NCBI GenBank assembly: GCA_964016885.1
Contig: OZ024754.1
Location: 24,552,001-24,616,000, forward strand
Reading direction: 5' to 3'
DNA: 64,000 nt
Source: Eledone cirrhosa
Taxonomy: Eukaryota
Made by a program: the position numbers and the translations under genes. The notes under the pieces were generated by a model, which saw only the letters and a list, made by a program, of their open reading frames with translations, searched no databases and had not been told where the DNA came from. The first letter of the stretch is position 1; every line of letters begins with the position of its first letter. Positions 13,611 to 29,500 of this stretch are shown here, one piece after another.

Positions 13611-16600
13611 CTAGAGATAGGTCTACAGACATGGCTGCAGATCTACAGATAAAGCTACAGATCTACAGATAAGGCTACATATCTACAGATAAGGCTACAA
13701 ATCTACAGATTGGGCTACAGATAAGGCTACAGATCTACAGAAAAGGCTACAGATGTACAGATAGGGCTACAGATAGGGCTACAGATCTACAGATAAAGCT
13801 ACAGATCTACAGATAAGGCTACACATCTACAGATAAGGCTACAGATCTACAGATAAGACAACAGATCTACAGATAGGGCTACAGATTTACAGATAGGGCT
13901 ACAGATCTACAGATAGGGCTACAAATCTACAGATAAGGCTACAAATCTACAGATACGGCTATAGATAAGGCTACAGATTTACAAATAGGTCTACAGATAA
14001 GGCTACAAATATACAGATGAGGCAAAAGATCTACAGATAGGGCTACAGATCTACAGATAGGGCTGCAGATCTACAGATATGGCTACAGATCTACAGATAA
14101 GGCTAAAGAACTACAGATAAAGCTACAGATCTACAGATAAGGCTACAGATCTACAGATAAGGCTACAGATCTACAGATAAGACTACAGATCTTCAGATAG
14201 TGCTACAGATCTACAGATAGGGCTATAGATCTACAGATAGGGCTACAGATCTACAGATAGGGCTACAGATCTACAGATAAGGCTACAAATCTACAGATAA
14301 TGCTACAGATCTACAGATAAGGCTACAGATAAGGCTACAGATCTACAGATTAGGCTACAGATCTACGGATAGGTCTACAGATAAGGCTACAGATCTACAG
14401 ATAAGGCTCCAGATATACAGATAGGTCTACAGATCTACATATAAGGCTACAGATCTACAAATAGGTCTACAGATAGGGCTACAGATAGGTTTACAGATCT
14501 ACAGATAAAGCTACAGATCTACAGATAAGGCTACAAATCTACAGATAAGGCTACAGATCTACAGATAAGGCTACAGATAAGGCTACAGATCTACAGATTA
14601 GGCTACAGATCTAGAGATAGGTCTACAGATAAGGCTACAGATCTACAGATAAGGCTACAGATCTACAGATAGGAATAAATATCTACAGATAGGGCTACAG
14701 ATTTACAGATTGGGCTACAGATCTACAGATAGGGCTACAAATCTACAGATAAAGCTACAAATCCACAGATAGGGCTACAGATAAGTCTACAGATCTACAG
14801 ATAGGTCTAAAGATAAGGCTACAGATCTACAGATAGGTCTACAGATAGGGCTACAAATCTACAAATAGGTCTACAAATAGGGCTACAGATCTACAGATAA
14901 AGCTACAGATCTACAGATAGGGCTACAGATAAGGCTACAGATCTACAGATAGGTCTACAGATAGGGCTACAAATCTACAAATAGGTCTACAAATAGGGCT
15001 ACAGATCTGCAGATAAAGCTACAGATCTACAGATAGGGCTACAGATAAGGCTACAGATTTACAGATAAGGCTACAGATCTACAGATAAGGCTACAGATCT
15101 ACAGTTAGGGCTACATATATACAGATAGGTCTACAGATCTACAGATAGGGCTAAAGATCTACATATCTACAGATAAGGCTACAGATGTACAGATAAGGCT
15201 ACAAATTTACAGATAAGGCTACAGATCTAAGGTAAGGCTACAGATCTACAGGTAAGGCTACAGATCTACAGATAGGTCTACAGATATACAGATAGGGCTA
15301 CAGATCTACAGGTAGGGCTACAGATTTACAGATAGGGCTACAGAACTACAGATAGGGCTACAAATCTACAGATGGGGCTACAGATAAGACTACAGATCTA
15401 CAGATAGGGCTACAGTTAAGGCTGCAGATCTACAGATAAGGCTACATATCTACAGATAGGGCTACAGATAGGGCTACAGTTCTACAAATAGGTCTACAGA
15501 TAGGGCTACAGATCTACATATAAAGCTACAGATCTACAGATAAGACTACAGATCTACAGATAGGTCTACAGATCTACATATAGGGCTACAGATCTACAAA
15601 TAGGCCTACAGATAGGGTACAGATCTACAGATAATACTACAGATCTACAGATAAAGATACAGATCTACAGATAAGGGTACAGATCTACAGATAAGGCTAC
15701 AGATCTACAGATAGGGATACAGATCTACAGATAGGGCTAAAGATTTACAGATAGGGCTACAGATCTACAGATAGGGCTACAAATCTACAGATATGGCTAC
15801 AGATCTAAATATAAGGCTACAGATCTACAGATAGGGCTACAGATAAGGCTACAGATCTACAGATAGGTCTACAGATAGGGCTACAGATCTACAAATAGGT
15901 CTACAGACAGGGCTTCAGATCTACAGATAAAGCTACAGATCTACAGATAAGGCTACATATCTACAGATAAGGCTACAAATCTACAGATAGGGCTACAGAT
16001 AAGGCTACAGATCTACAGATAAGCCTACAGATCTACAGATAGGGCTACAGAACTACAGATAGGGCTACAAATCTACAGATATGGCTACAAATCTACAGAT
16101 GGGGCTACAGATAAGGCTACAGATCTACAGATAAGACTACAGATCTACAGATAGGGCTACAGATAAGGCTGCAGATCTACAGATAAGGCTACATATCTAC
16201 AGATAGGGCTACAGATAGGGCTACAGGTCTACAAATAGGTCTACAGATAGGGCTACAGATCTACATATAAAGCTACAGATCTACAGATAAGACTACAGAT
16301 CTACAGATAGGGCTACAGATAAGGCTACAGATTTACAGATAAGGCTACAGATCTACAGATAAGGCTACAGATCTACAGTTAGGGCTACATATATACAGAT
16401 AGGTCTAGAGATCTACAGATAGGGCTAAAGATCTACAGATCTACAGATAAGGCTACAGATGTACAGATATGGCTACAGATTTACAGATAAGGCTACAGAT
16501 CTACAGGTAAGGCTACAGATCTACAGGTAAGGCTACAGATCTACAGATATGACTACAGATCTACAGATAGGGCTACAGATCTACAGATAAGGCTACAGAT

Positions 16601-19600
16601 CTCCAGATAAGACAACAGATCTACAGATAGGGCTACAGATTTACAGATAGGGCTACAGAGCTACAGATAGGGCTACAAATCTAGAGATAAGGCTACAAAT
16701 CTACAGATACGGCTATAGATAAGGCTACAGATTTACAAATAGGTCTACAGATAAGGCTACAGATAGGGCTACAGATCTACAGATAAAGCTACAGATCTAC
16801 AGATAAAGCTACAGATCTATAGATAAGGCTACAGATATACAGATAAGGCTACAGATATACAGATAGGATACAGATCTAAAAATAAGGCTACAGATTTACA
16901 GATACGGCTACAGATCTACAGATAGGGCTGCAGATCTACAGATATGGCTACAGATCTACAGATAAGGCTAAAGAACTACAGATAAAGCTACAGATCTACA
17001 TATATGGCTACAGATCTATAGATAAGGCTACAGATCTACAGAAAAGACTACAGATCTTCAGATAGGGCTACAGATCTACAGATAGGGCTATAGATCTACA
17101 GATAGGGCTACAGATCTACAGATAGGGCTACAGATCTACAGATAAGGCTACAAATCTACAGATAAGGCTACAGATCTACAGATTAGGCTACAGATCTACA
17201 GATAGGTCTACAGATAAGGCTACAGATCTACAGATAAGGCTCCAGATATACAGATAGGTCTACAGATCTACAGATAGGGCTACAGATCTACAAATAGGTC
17301 TACAGATAGGGTTACAGATCTACAGATAAAGCTACAGATCATCAGATAAGGCTACAAATCTACAGATAAGGCTACAGATCTACAGATAAGGCTACATATG
17401 AGGCTACAGATCTACAGATTAGGCTACAGATCTACAGATAGGTCTACAGATGAGGCTACAGATCTACAGATAAGGCTACAGATCTACAGATAAGGCTACA
17501 GATCTACAGATAGGGATACATATCTACAGATAGGGCTACAGATTTACAGATTGGGCTACAGATCTACAGATAGGGCTACAAATCTACTGATAAGGCTACA
17601 GATCTACAGATAAGGCTACAGATCTACAGACAAGGCTACGGAACATCAGATAAGCCTACAGATCTACAGATAAGGCTACAGATCTACAGATAGGGCTACA
17701 GATCTACAGATAATGCAACGGATCTACAGATAAGGCTACAGATCTACAGATAAGGCAACAGATCTAGAGATATGGCTACAGATTTACAAATAGGGCTACA
17801 GATCTTCATATAAAGCGACAGAACTACAGATAAGGCTACAGATCTACAGATAAGGCTACAGATCTACAGATAGGGCTACAGATATACAGATAGGGCTACA
17901 GATAAACATATAATGCTACAAATCTACAAAAGGGGCTACAGATCTACAGATCTACAGAGAAGGCTACAGATCTACATATAGGGCTACAGATCTACAGACA
18001 AGGCTACAGATCTACAGATAGGGCTACAGATCTACAGATATGGCTACAGATCTACAGATAGGGCTACATATCTATAGATAAGGCTACAGATCTATAGATA
18101 AGGCTACATATCTACAGATAAGGCTACAGATCTACGGTTGGGGCTATAGATCTACAGTTAGGGCTACAGATCTACAGATAAGGCTACAGATCTACAGATA
18201 AGGCTACAGGGCTACAGATATACAGATAAAGCTACAGATCTACAGATAGGGCTACATATCTACAAATCTACAGATAAGGCTACAGATCTACAGATAGGGC
18301 TGCCGATCTAAAGATAAGGCTACACATCTACAGATAAAGCTACAGATGGACAGATAAAGCTACAGATCTACAGATAGGGCTACAGATCTACAGATAGGGC
18401 TACAGAACTACAGATAGGGCTGCAGTTCTACAGATATGGCTACAGATCTACAGATAAGGCTAAAGAACTACAGATAAAGCTACAGATCTACATATATGGC
18501 TACAGATCTACAGATAAGGCTACAGATCTACAGATAAGACTACAGACCTACAGATAGGGCTACAGATCTACAGATAGGGCTATAGATCTACAGATAGGGT
18601 TACAGATCTACAGATAAGGCTACAGATCTACAGATAAGGATACAAATCTACAGATAAGGCTACAGATCTACAGATAAGGCTAGAGATAAGGCTACAGATC
18701 TACAGATTAGGCTACAGATCTACAGATAGGTCTACAGATAAGGCTAAAGTTATACAGATAAGGCTACAGATCTACAGATAGGGCTGCTGAACTACAGATA
18801 AGGCTACAGATCTACAGATAAAGCTGCAGATGGACAGATAAAGCTACAGATCTACAGATAGGGCTACAGATCTACAGATGGGGCTGCAGAACTACAGATA
18901 GTGCTACAGATCTACAGATAAGGCTACAGATCTACAGATAAGGCTAAAGAGCTACAGATAAAGCTAAAGTTCTACATATATGGCTACAGATCTACAGATA
19001 AGGCTGCAAATCTACAAATAAGACTACAAATCTACAGATAAGGCTACAGATCTACAGATGGGTCTACAGATAGTGCTACAGATCTACAGATAAGGCTACA
19101 GATCTACAGATATGTCTACAGATCTACAGATATGGCTACAGATAGGGCTACAGATCAAAATATAGGGCTACAAATCTACAGATAGGGCTACAGATCTACA
19201 GATAGGGCTACATATCTACATGTATGGCTACAGATAAGGCTACAGATCTACAGATAGGGCTACAGATCTACAGACAAGGCTATAGACCTACAGATAGGGC
19301 TACAGATCTACAGATAAGCCTACAGATCTACAGATAGGGCTACAGATCTACAGATAGGGCTACATATATAGAGATACGGCTAAAGATATACAGATAGGGC
19401 TATAGATATACAGATAGGGATACAGATCTACAGATCTACAGATAAGGCTACAGATCTGCAGATAGGGCTACAGATCTACAGACAAGGCTATAGATCTACA
19501 GATAGGGCTACAGATCTACAGATAAGCCTACAGATCTACAGAAAGGTCTACAGATCTACAGACAAGGCTATAGATCTACAGATCTACAGATAAGGCTACA

Positions 19601-20549
19601 GATCTACAGATAGGGCTACAGATCTACAGATAGGGCTACAGATCTACAGATAGGGCTACAGATCTACAGATAGGGCTACAGATCTACAGATAGGGCTACA
19701 AATCTACAGATAAGGCTACAAATCTACAGACAAGGCTACAGATCTACAGATAAGGCTACAGATAAGGCTACAGATAAGGCTACAGATCTACAGAAAAGGC
19801 TACAGATCTACTGATAGGGCTACAAATAAGGCTACAGATCTACAGATAAGGCTACAGAACTACAGATAGGTCTAAAGATCTACAGATAGGGCTACAGATT
19901 TACAAATAGGTCTATAAATAGGGCTACAGATAGGTCTACAGATCTACAGATAAAGCTACAGATCTACAGATAAAGCTACAGATCTACAGATAAGGCTACA
20001 GATCTACAGATAAGGCTACAGATCTACAGATAAGGCTACAGATCTACAGATAAGGCTACAGATCTACAGATAAGACTACAGATCTACAGATAGGGCTACA
20101 AATCTACAGATAGGGCTACAGATTACGCTACAGATCTACAGATAAGGCTACAGATCTACAGATAGGGCTACAGATAAGGCTACAGATCTACAGATAAGTC
20201 TACAGATCTACAGATAGGTCTACAGATAGGGTTAGAGATCTACAGATAAGGCTACAGATCAACAGATAGGTGTACAGATCAACAGATAGGTCTACAGATA
20301 GGGCTACAGATCTACAAATAGGTCTACAGATAGGGCTACAGATCTACAGATAAAAGCTACAGATCTACAGATAAAGCTACAGATCTACAGATAAGGCTAC
20401 AGATCTAAAGATACGGCTACAGATTTACAGATAGGGCTACAGATCTACAGATAGGGCTACAAATCTACAGATAAGGCTACAAATCTACAGATAGGACTAC
20501 AGATCAACAGATAGGGCTACAGATCTACAGATAATGTTACAGATCTACA

Positions 20550-23500
20550 GATAAGGCTACAGATATACAGATAAGGCTACAGATCTACAGATAGGGCAAC
20601 TGATATGGCCACAGATCTACAAATAGTTCTACAGATAGGGCTACAGATCTACAGATAATGCTACAGATCTATAGATAAGGCTACAGATCTACAGATAAGT
20701 CTACAGATCTACAGATAGGGCTACAGATCTACAAATAGGGCTACAGATATACAGATAAGGCTACAGATCTACAGATAGGGCTACAGATCTACAGATAGGG
20801 CTACAGATCACAGATAGGGCTACATATCTACAAATCTACAGATAAGGCTACAGATCTACAGATAAGGCTACAGATCTACAGATAGGGCTGCCGATCTACA
20901 GATAAGGCTACAGATCTACAGATAAAGCTACAGATGGACAGATGAAGCTTCAGATCTACAGATAAAGCTACAGATCTAAAGATAAAACTACAGATCTACA
21001 TATAAAGCTACAGATCTACAGATAGGGCTACACATCTACAGATAAAGCCACAGATCTTCAGATCTAGAGATAGGGCTACAGATCTACAGATAGGGCTACA
21101 GATCTACAGATAGTCCTACAGATGTACAGATAGCGCTACAGATATACAGATAGGGCTACAGATCTACAGATAGGGCTACAAATCTACAGATAAGGCTACA
21201 AATCTACAGATAAAGCTACAGATCTACAGATAAGTCTACAGATAAGACTACAGATCTACAGATAAGGCTATAGATCTACAGATAAGTCTACAGATAAGGC
21301 TATAGATCTACAGATGGGGCTACAAATACGCCTACAGATCTACAGATAAGGCTACAGATCTACAGATAGGTCTGCAGATAGGGCTACAGATCTAGAAATA
21401 GGTCTAGAGATCTACAGATAAGGCTACAGATATACAGATAAGACTACAGATATACAGATAGGGATACAGATCTAGAGATAGGGCTACAAATCTACAGATA
21501 AGGCTACAAAACTACAGATAGGGCTACAGATAAGGCTACAGGTCTACAGATAGGGCAACAGATAGGGCTACAGATCTACAAATAGGTCTACAGATAGGGC
21601 TACAGATCTACAAATAGGTCTACAGATAGGGCTACAGATCTACAGTTAAAGCTACAGATCTACAGATAAGGCTACAGATCTACAGATAAGTCTACAGATC
21701 TACAGATAGGGCTACAGATCTACAGACAAGACAACAAAACCTCAGATAGGGTTACATATCTACAGATAAGGCTACAGATCTACAGATAGGGATACAGATT
21801 TACAGATAGGGCTACATATCTACAATTCTACACATAAGGTTACAGATCTACAGATAAGTCTACAGATCTACAGATAGGGCTGCCGATCTGCAGATAAGGC
21901 ACCAGATATACAGACAAAGCTACAGATGGACAGATAAAGCTACAGATCTACAGATAAAGCTACAGATCTAAAGATAAAGCTACAGATCTAAAGATAAAGC
22001 TACAGATCTACATATAAACTACCGATCTACAGATAAAGCTACAGATCTAAAGATAAAGCTACAGATCTACAAATAAAGCTACAGTTCTACAGATAGGGCT
22101 TCAGATCAACAGAAAAGGCCACAGATCTACAGATAAGACTGCAGATCCTCAGATAAATCTACAGATCTACAGTTAGGGCTACAGATATACAGATAAGGCT
22201 ACAGATCTACAGCTAGGGCTACAGATCTACAGGTAAGGCTACAGATCTACAGATAATGCAACAGATCTACAGATAAGGCTACAGTTCTACAGATAAAGCT
22301 ACAGATCTAAAGATAAAGTTACAGATCTACAGATAAAGCTACAGATCTAAAGATAAAGCTATGAATCTACAGTTGGGGCTACAGATCTACAGTTAGGGCT
22401 ACAGATCTACAGATAGGGCTACATATCTACAAATCTACAGATAAGGCTACAGATCTACAGATAAGGCTACAGATCTACAGATAGGTCTGCCGATCTACAG
22501 ATAAGGCTACAGATCTACAGATAAAGCTACAGATGGACAGATGAAGCTACAGATCTACATATAAAGCTACAGATCTGAAGATAAAGCTACAGATCTACAG
22601 ATAAAGCTACAGATCTACAGATAGCGCTACAGATCTACAGATAAAGCCACAGATCTACAGATCTACAGATAGGGCTACAGATCTACAGATGGGGCTACAG
22701 ATCTACAGATAGGCCTACAGATCTACAGATAGCGCTACAGATATACAGATAGGGCTACAGATCTACAGATAGTGCTACAAATCTACAGATAAGGCTACAA
22801 ATCTACAGATAAAGCTACAGATCTACAGATAAGTCTACAGATAAGGCTACAGATCTACAGATAAGGCTATAGATCTACATATAAGTCTACAGATAAGGCT
22901 ATAGATCTACAGATGGGGCTACAGATACGGCTACAGATCTACAGATAAGGCTACAGATCTACAGTTAGGTCTGCAGATAGGGCTACAGATCTAGAAATAG
23001 GTCTACAGATCTACAGATAAGGCTACAGATATACAGAAAAGGCTACAGATATACAGATAGGGATACAGATTTACAGATAGGGCTACAGATCTACAGATAG
23101 GGCTACAAATCTACAGATAAGGCTACAAAACTACAGATAGGGCTACAAATCTACAGATAAGGCTACAAAACTACAGATAGGGCTACAGATAAGGCTACAG
23201 GTGTACAGATAACGCTACAGATCTACAGATAGGGCAACAGATAGGGCTACAGATCTACAAATAGGTCTACAGATAGGGCTACAGATCTACAGATAAGTCT
23301 ACAGATATACAGATAAGGCTACAGATCTGCAGATAGGGCTACAGATCTACAGACAAGGCTACAGATCTACAGATAGGGCTACAGATCTACAGATAACGCT
23401 ACAGATCTACAGATAGGGCTACAGATCTACAGATAGGGCTACATATCTACGGATAGGGCTACATATCTACACATTAGGCTACAGATCTACATATAAAGCT

Positions 23501-26500
23501 ACAGATCTACAGATAAGGCTACATATCTACAGTTGGGGCTACAGAACAACAGTTAGGGCTACAGATCTACAGATAAGGCTACAGATTTACAGATAAGGCT
23601 ACAGGGCTACAGATATACAAATAAAGCTACAGATCTACAGATAGAGCTACATATCTACAAATCTACAGATAAGGCTACAGATCTACAGATAAGGCTACAG
23701 ATCTACAGATAGGGCTGCCGATGTACAGATAAGGCTACAGATATACAGATAAGGCTACAGATCTACAGATAGGGCAACTGATATGGCCACAGATCTACAA
23801 ATAGTTCTACAGATAGGGCTACAGATCTACAGATAATGCTATAGATCTATAGATAAGGCTACAGATCTACAGATAAGTCTACAGATCTACAGATAGGGCT
23901 ACAGATCTACAAATAGGGCTACAGATATACAGATAAGGCTACGGATCTACAGATAGGGCTACAGATCTACAGATAGGGCTACAGATCACAGATAGGGCTA
24001 CATATCTACAAATCTACAGATAAGGCTACAGATCTACAGATAAGGCTACAGATCTACAGATAGGGCTGCCGATCTACAGATAAGGCTACAGATCTTCAGA
24101 TAAAGCTACAGATGGACAGATGAAGCTTCAGATCTACAGATAAAGCTACAGATCTAAAGATAAAACTACAGATCTACATATAAAGCTACAGATCGGAAGA
24201 TAAAGCTACGGATCTACAGATAAAGCTACAGATCTACAGATAGGGCTACACATCTACAGATAAAGCCACAGATCTACATATCCACAGATAGGGCTACAGA
24301 TCTACAGATAGGGCTACAGATCTACAGATAGTCCTACAGATCTACAGATAGCGCTACAGATATACAGATAAAGCTACAGATCTACAGATAAGTCTACAGA
24401 TAAGGCTACAGATCTACAGATAAGGCTATAGATCTACAGATAAGTCTACAGATAAGGCTATAGATCTACAGATGGGGCTACAAATACGGCTACAGATCTA
24501 CAGATAAGGCTACAGATCTACAGATAGGTCTGCAGATAGAGCTACAGATCTAGAAATAGGTCTAGAGATCTACAGATAAGGCTACAGATATACAGATAAG
24601 GCTACAGATATACAGATAGGGATACAGATCTAGAGATAGGGCTACAAATCTACAGATAAGGCTACAAAACTACAGATAGGGCTACAGATAAGGCTACAGG
24701 TCTACAGATAGGGCAACAGATAGGGCTACAGATCTACAAATAGGTCTACAGATAGGGCTACAGATCTACAGTTAAAGCTACAGATCTACAGATAAGGCTA
24801 CAGATCTACAGATAAGTGTACAGATCTACAGATAGGGCTACAGATCTACAGACAAGACAACAAAACCTCAGATAAGCCTACAGATCTACAGATAAAGCTA
24901 CAGATCTACAGATAGGGCTACATATCTACAGATAGGGCTACATATAGATAAGGCTACAGATCTACAGATAGGGCTACAGATCTACAGATAGGGCTACATA
25001 TCTACAATTCTACACACAACGTTACAGATCTACAGATAAGGCTACAGATCGACAGATAAGTCTACAGATCTACAGATAGGGCTGCCGATCTGCAGATAAG
25101 GCACCAGATATACAGACAAAGCTACAGATGGACAGATAAAGCTACAGATCTACAGATAAAGCTACAGATCTAAAGATAAAGCTACAGATCTAAAGATAAA
25201 GCTACAGATCTACATATAAAGCTACCGATCTACAGATAAAGCTACAGATCTAAAGATAAAGCAACAGATCTACAAATAAAGCTACAGATAGGGCTACAGA
25301 TCAACAGAAAAGGCCACAGATCTACAGATAAGACTGCAGATCCTCAGATAAATCTACAGATATACAGTTAGGGCTACAGATAAGGCTACAGATCTACAGC
25401 TAGGGCTACAGATCTACAGGTAAGGCTACAGATCTACAGATAATGCAACAGATCTACAGATAAGGCTACAGGTCTACAGATAAAGCTACAGATCTAAAGA
25501 TAAAGTTACAGATCTACAGATAAAGCTACAGATCTAAAGATAAAGCTATGAATCTACAGTTGGGGCTACAGATCTACAGTTAGGGCTACAGATCTACAGA
25601 TAGGGCTACATATCTACAAATCTACAGATAAGGCTACAGATCTACAGATAAGGCTACAGATCTACAGATAGGTCTGCCGATCTACAGATAAGGCTACAGA
25701 TCTACAGATATAGCTACAGATGGACAGATGAAGCTATAGATCTACATATAAAGCTACAGATCTGAAGATAAAGCTACAGATCTACAGATAAAGCTACAGA
25801 TCTACAGATAGCGCTACAGATCTACAGATAAAGCCACAGATCTACAGATCTACAGATAGGGCTACAGATCTACAGATAGGGCTACAGATCTACAGATAGG
25901 CCTACAGATCTACAGATAGCGCTACAGATATACAGATAGGGCTACAGATCTACAGATAGGGCTACAAATCTACAGATAAGGCTACAAATCTACAGATAAA
26001 GCTACAGATCTACAGATAAGTCTACAGATAAGGCTACAGATCTACAGATAAGGCTATAGATCTACATATAAGTCTACAGATAAGGCTATAGATCTACAGA
26101 TGGGGCTACAGATACGGCTACAGATCTACAGATAAGGCTACAGATCTACAGATAGGTCTGCAGATAGGGCTACAGATATAGACATAGGTCTACAGATCTA
26201 CAGATAAGGCTACAGATATACAGATAAGGCTACAGATATACAGATAGGGATACAGATTTACAGATAGGGCTACAGATCTACAGATAGGGCTACAAATCTA
26301 CAGATAAGGCTACAGGTCTACAGATAGGGCAACAGATAGGGCTACAGATCTACAAATAGGTCTACAGATAGGGCTACAGATCTACAGATAAAGCTACAAA
26401 TCTACAGATAAGGCTACAGATCTACAGATAAGTCTACAGATCTATAGATAGGGCTACAGATCTACAGATAGGACTACAGATATACAGATAAGGCTACAGA

Positions 26501-29500
26501 TCTACAGATAGGGCTACAGATCTACAGACAAGGCTACAGATCTACAGATAGGGCTACAGATCTACAGATAACGCTACAGATCTACAGATAGGGCTACAGA
26601 TCTACAGATAGGGCTACATATCTACAGACAGGGCTACATATCTACACATTAGGCTACAGATCTACATATAAAGCTACAGATCTACAGATAAGGCTACAGA
26701 TCTACAGTTGGGGCTACTGAACAACAGTTAGGGCTACAGATCTACAGATAAGTCTACAGATTTACAGATAAGGCAACAGGGCTACAGATATACAAATAAA
26801 GCTACAGATCTACAGATAGGGCTACATATCTACAAATCTACAGATAAGGCTACAGATCTACAGATAAGGCTACAGATCTACAGATAGGGCTGCCGATCTA
26901 CAGATAAGGCTACAGATCTATAGATAAAGCTACCGATGGCTGGAAATAGCTACAGATCTGCAGATAAAGCTACAGGTCTAAAGATAAAGCTACAGATCTA
27001 CAGATAAAGCTACAGATCTACAGATAGGGCTACAGATCTACAGATAAGGCCATAGATCTACTGATAAGACTGCAGATCCTCAGATAAGGCTACAGATCTA
27101 CAATTAGGGCTACAGATATACAGATAAGGCTACAGATCTTCAGATAATGCAACAGATCTACAGATAAGGCTACAGATCTACAGATAAAGCTACAGATCTA
27201 AAGATAAAGTTACAGATCTACAGATAAAGTTACAGATCTACAGATAGGGCTACATATCTACAAATCTACAGATAAGGCTACAGATCTACAGTTAGGGCTG
27301 CCGATCTACAGATAAGGCTACAGATCTACAGATAAAGCTACAGATGGACAGATAAAGCTACAGATCTACAGATAAAGCTACAGATCTAAAGATAAAACTA
27401 CAGATCTACATATAAAACTACAGATCTGCAGATAAACTACAGATCTAAAGATAAAGCTACAGAGCTACAGATAAGGCCACAGATCTACAGATAAGACTGC
27501 AGATCTACAGATAAGGCTACAGATTTAGAGTTAGGGCTACATATATACAGATAAGGCTACTGATCTAAAGCTAGGGTTACAGATCTACAGATCTACAGAT
27601 AAGGCTACTGATCTACAGATAGGGCTGCAGATCTACAGATAAGGCTACAGGTCTTCAGATAAAGCTACAAATCGACAGATAAAGCTACAGATCTACAGAG
27701 AAAGATAAAGATCTACATAATAAAGCTACATATCTAAAGATAGCGCTACAGATCTACAGATAGGTCTACAGATAGGGCTACAAATCTACAGATAGGGCTA
27801 CAGATCTACAGATCGGGTTACAGATCTACAGATAGGGCTACAGATCTACAGATAGCACTACAGATATACAGATAGGGCTACAGATCTACAGATAGGGCTA
27901 CAAATCTACAGATAAGGCTAGAAATCTACAGATAAAGCTACAGATCTACAGATAAGTCTACAGATAAGGCTACAGATCTAAAGATAAGGCTATAGATCTA
28001 CGGATAGGGCTACAGATACGGCTAGAGATCTACAGATAAGGCTACAGATCTACAGATAGGTCTGCAGATATGGCTACAGATGTAGAAATAGGTCTAGAGA
28101 TAGGGCTACAGATAGGGCTACAGATCTACAGATAAAGCTACAGATCTACAGATAAGGCTACAGATGTACAGATAAGGCTACAGATCTACAGATAGGGATA
28201 CAGATCACAGATAGGGCTACATATCTACAAATCTACAGATAAGGCTACAGATCAACAGATAAGGCTACAGATCTACAGATAGGGCTGCCGATCTACAGAT
28301 AAGGCTACAGATCTACAGATAAAGCTACAGATGGACAGATGAAGCTTCAGATCTACAGATAAAGCTACAGATCTAAAGATAAAACTACAGATCTACATAT
28401 AAAGCTACAGATCGGAAGATAAATCTACGGATCTACAGATAAAGCTACAGATCTACAGATAGGGCTACACATCTACAGATAAAGCCACAGATCTACAGAT
28501 CTACAGATAGGGCTACAGATCTACAGATAGTCCTACAGATCTACAGATAGCGCTACAGATATACAGATTGGGCTACAGATCTACAGATAGGGCTACAAAT
28601 CTACAGATAAGGCTACAAATCTACAGATAAAGCTACAGATCTACAGATAAGTCTACAGATAAGGCTACAGATCTACAGATAAGGCTATAGATCTACAGAT
28701 AAGTCTACAGATAAGGCTATAGATCTACAGATGGGGCTACAAATACGGCTACAGATCTACAGATAAGGCTACAGATCTACAGATAGGTCTGCAGATAGGG
28801 CTACAGATCTAGAAATAGGTCTAGAGATCTACAGATAAGGCTACAGATATACAGATAAGGCTACAGATATACAGATAGGGATACAGATCTAGAGATAGGG
28901 CTACAAATCTACAGATAAGGCTACAAAACTACAGATAGGGCTACAGATAAGGCTACAGGTCTACAGATAGGGCAACAGATAGGGCTACAGATCTACAAAT
29001 AGGTCTACAGATAGGGCTACAGATCTACAAATAGGTCTACAGATAGGGCTACAGATCTACAGTTAAAGCTACAGATCTACAGATAAGGCTACAGAACTAC
29101 AGATAAGTCTACAGATCTACAGATAGGGCTACAGATCTACAGACAAGACAACAAAACCTCAGATAAGCCTACAGATCTACAGATAAAGCTACAGATCTAC
29201 AGATGGGGCTACATATCTACAGATAGGGCTACATATCTACAGATAAGGCTACAGATCTACAGATAGGGCTACATATCTACAATTCTACACATAAGGTTAC
29301 AGATCTACAGATAAGGCTACAGATCGACAGATAAGTCTACAGATCTACAGATAGGGCTGCCGATCTGCAGATAAGGCACCAGATATACAGACAAAGCTAC
29401 AGATGTACAGATAAAGCTACAGATCTACAGATAAAGCTACAGATCTAAAGATAAAGTTACAGATCTAAAGATAAAGCTACAGATCTACATTTAAAGCTAC

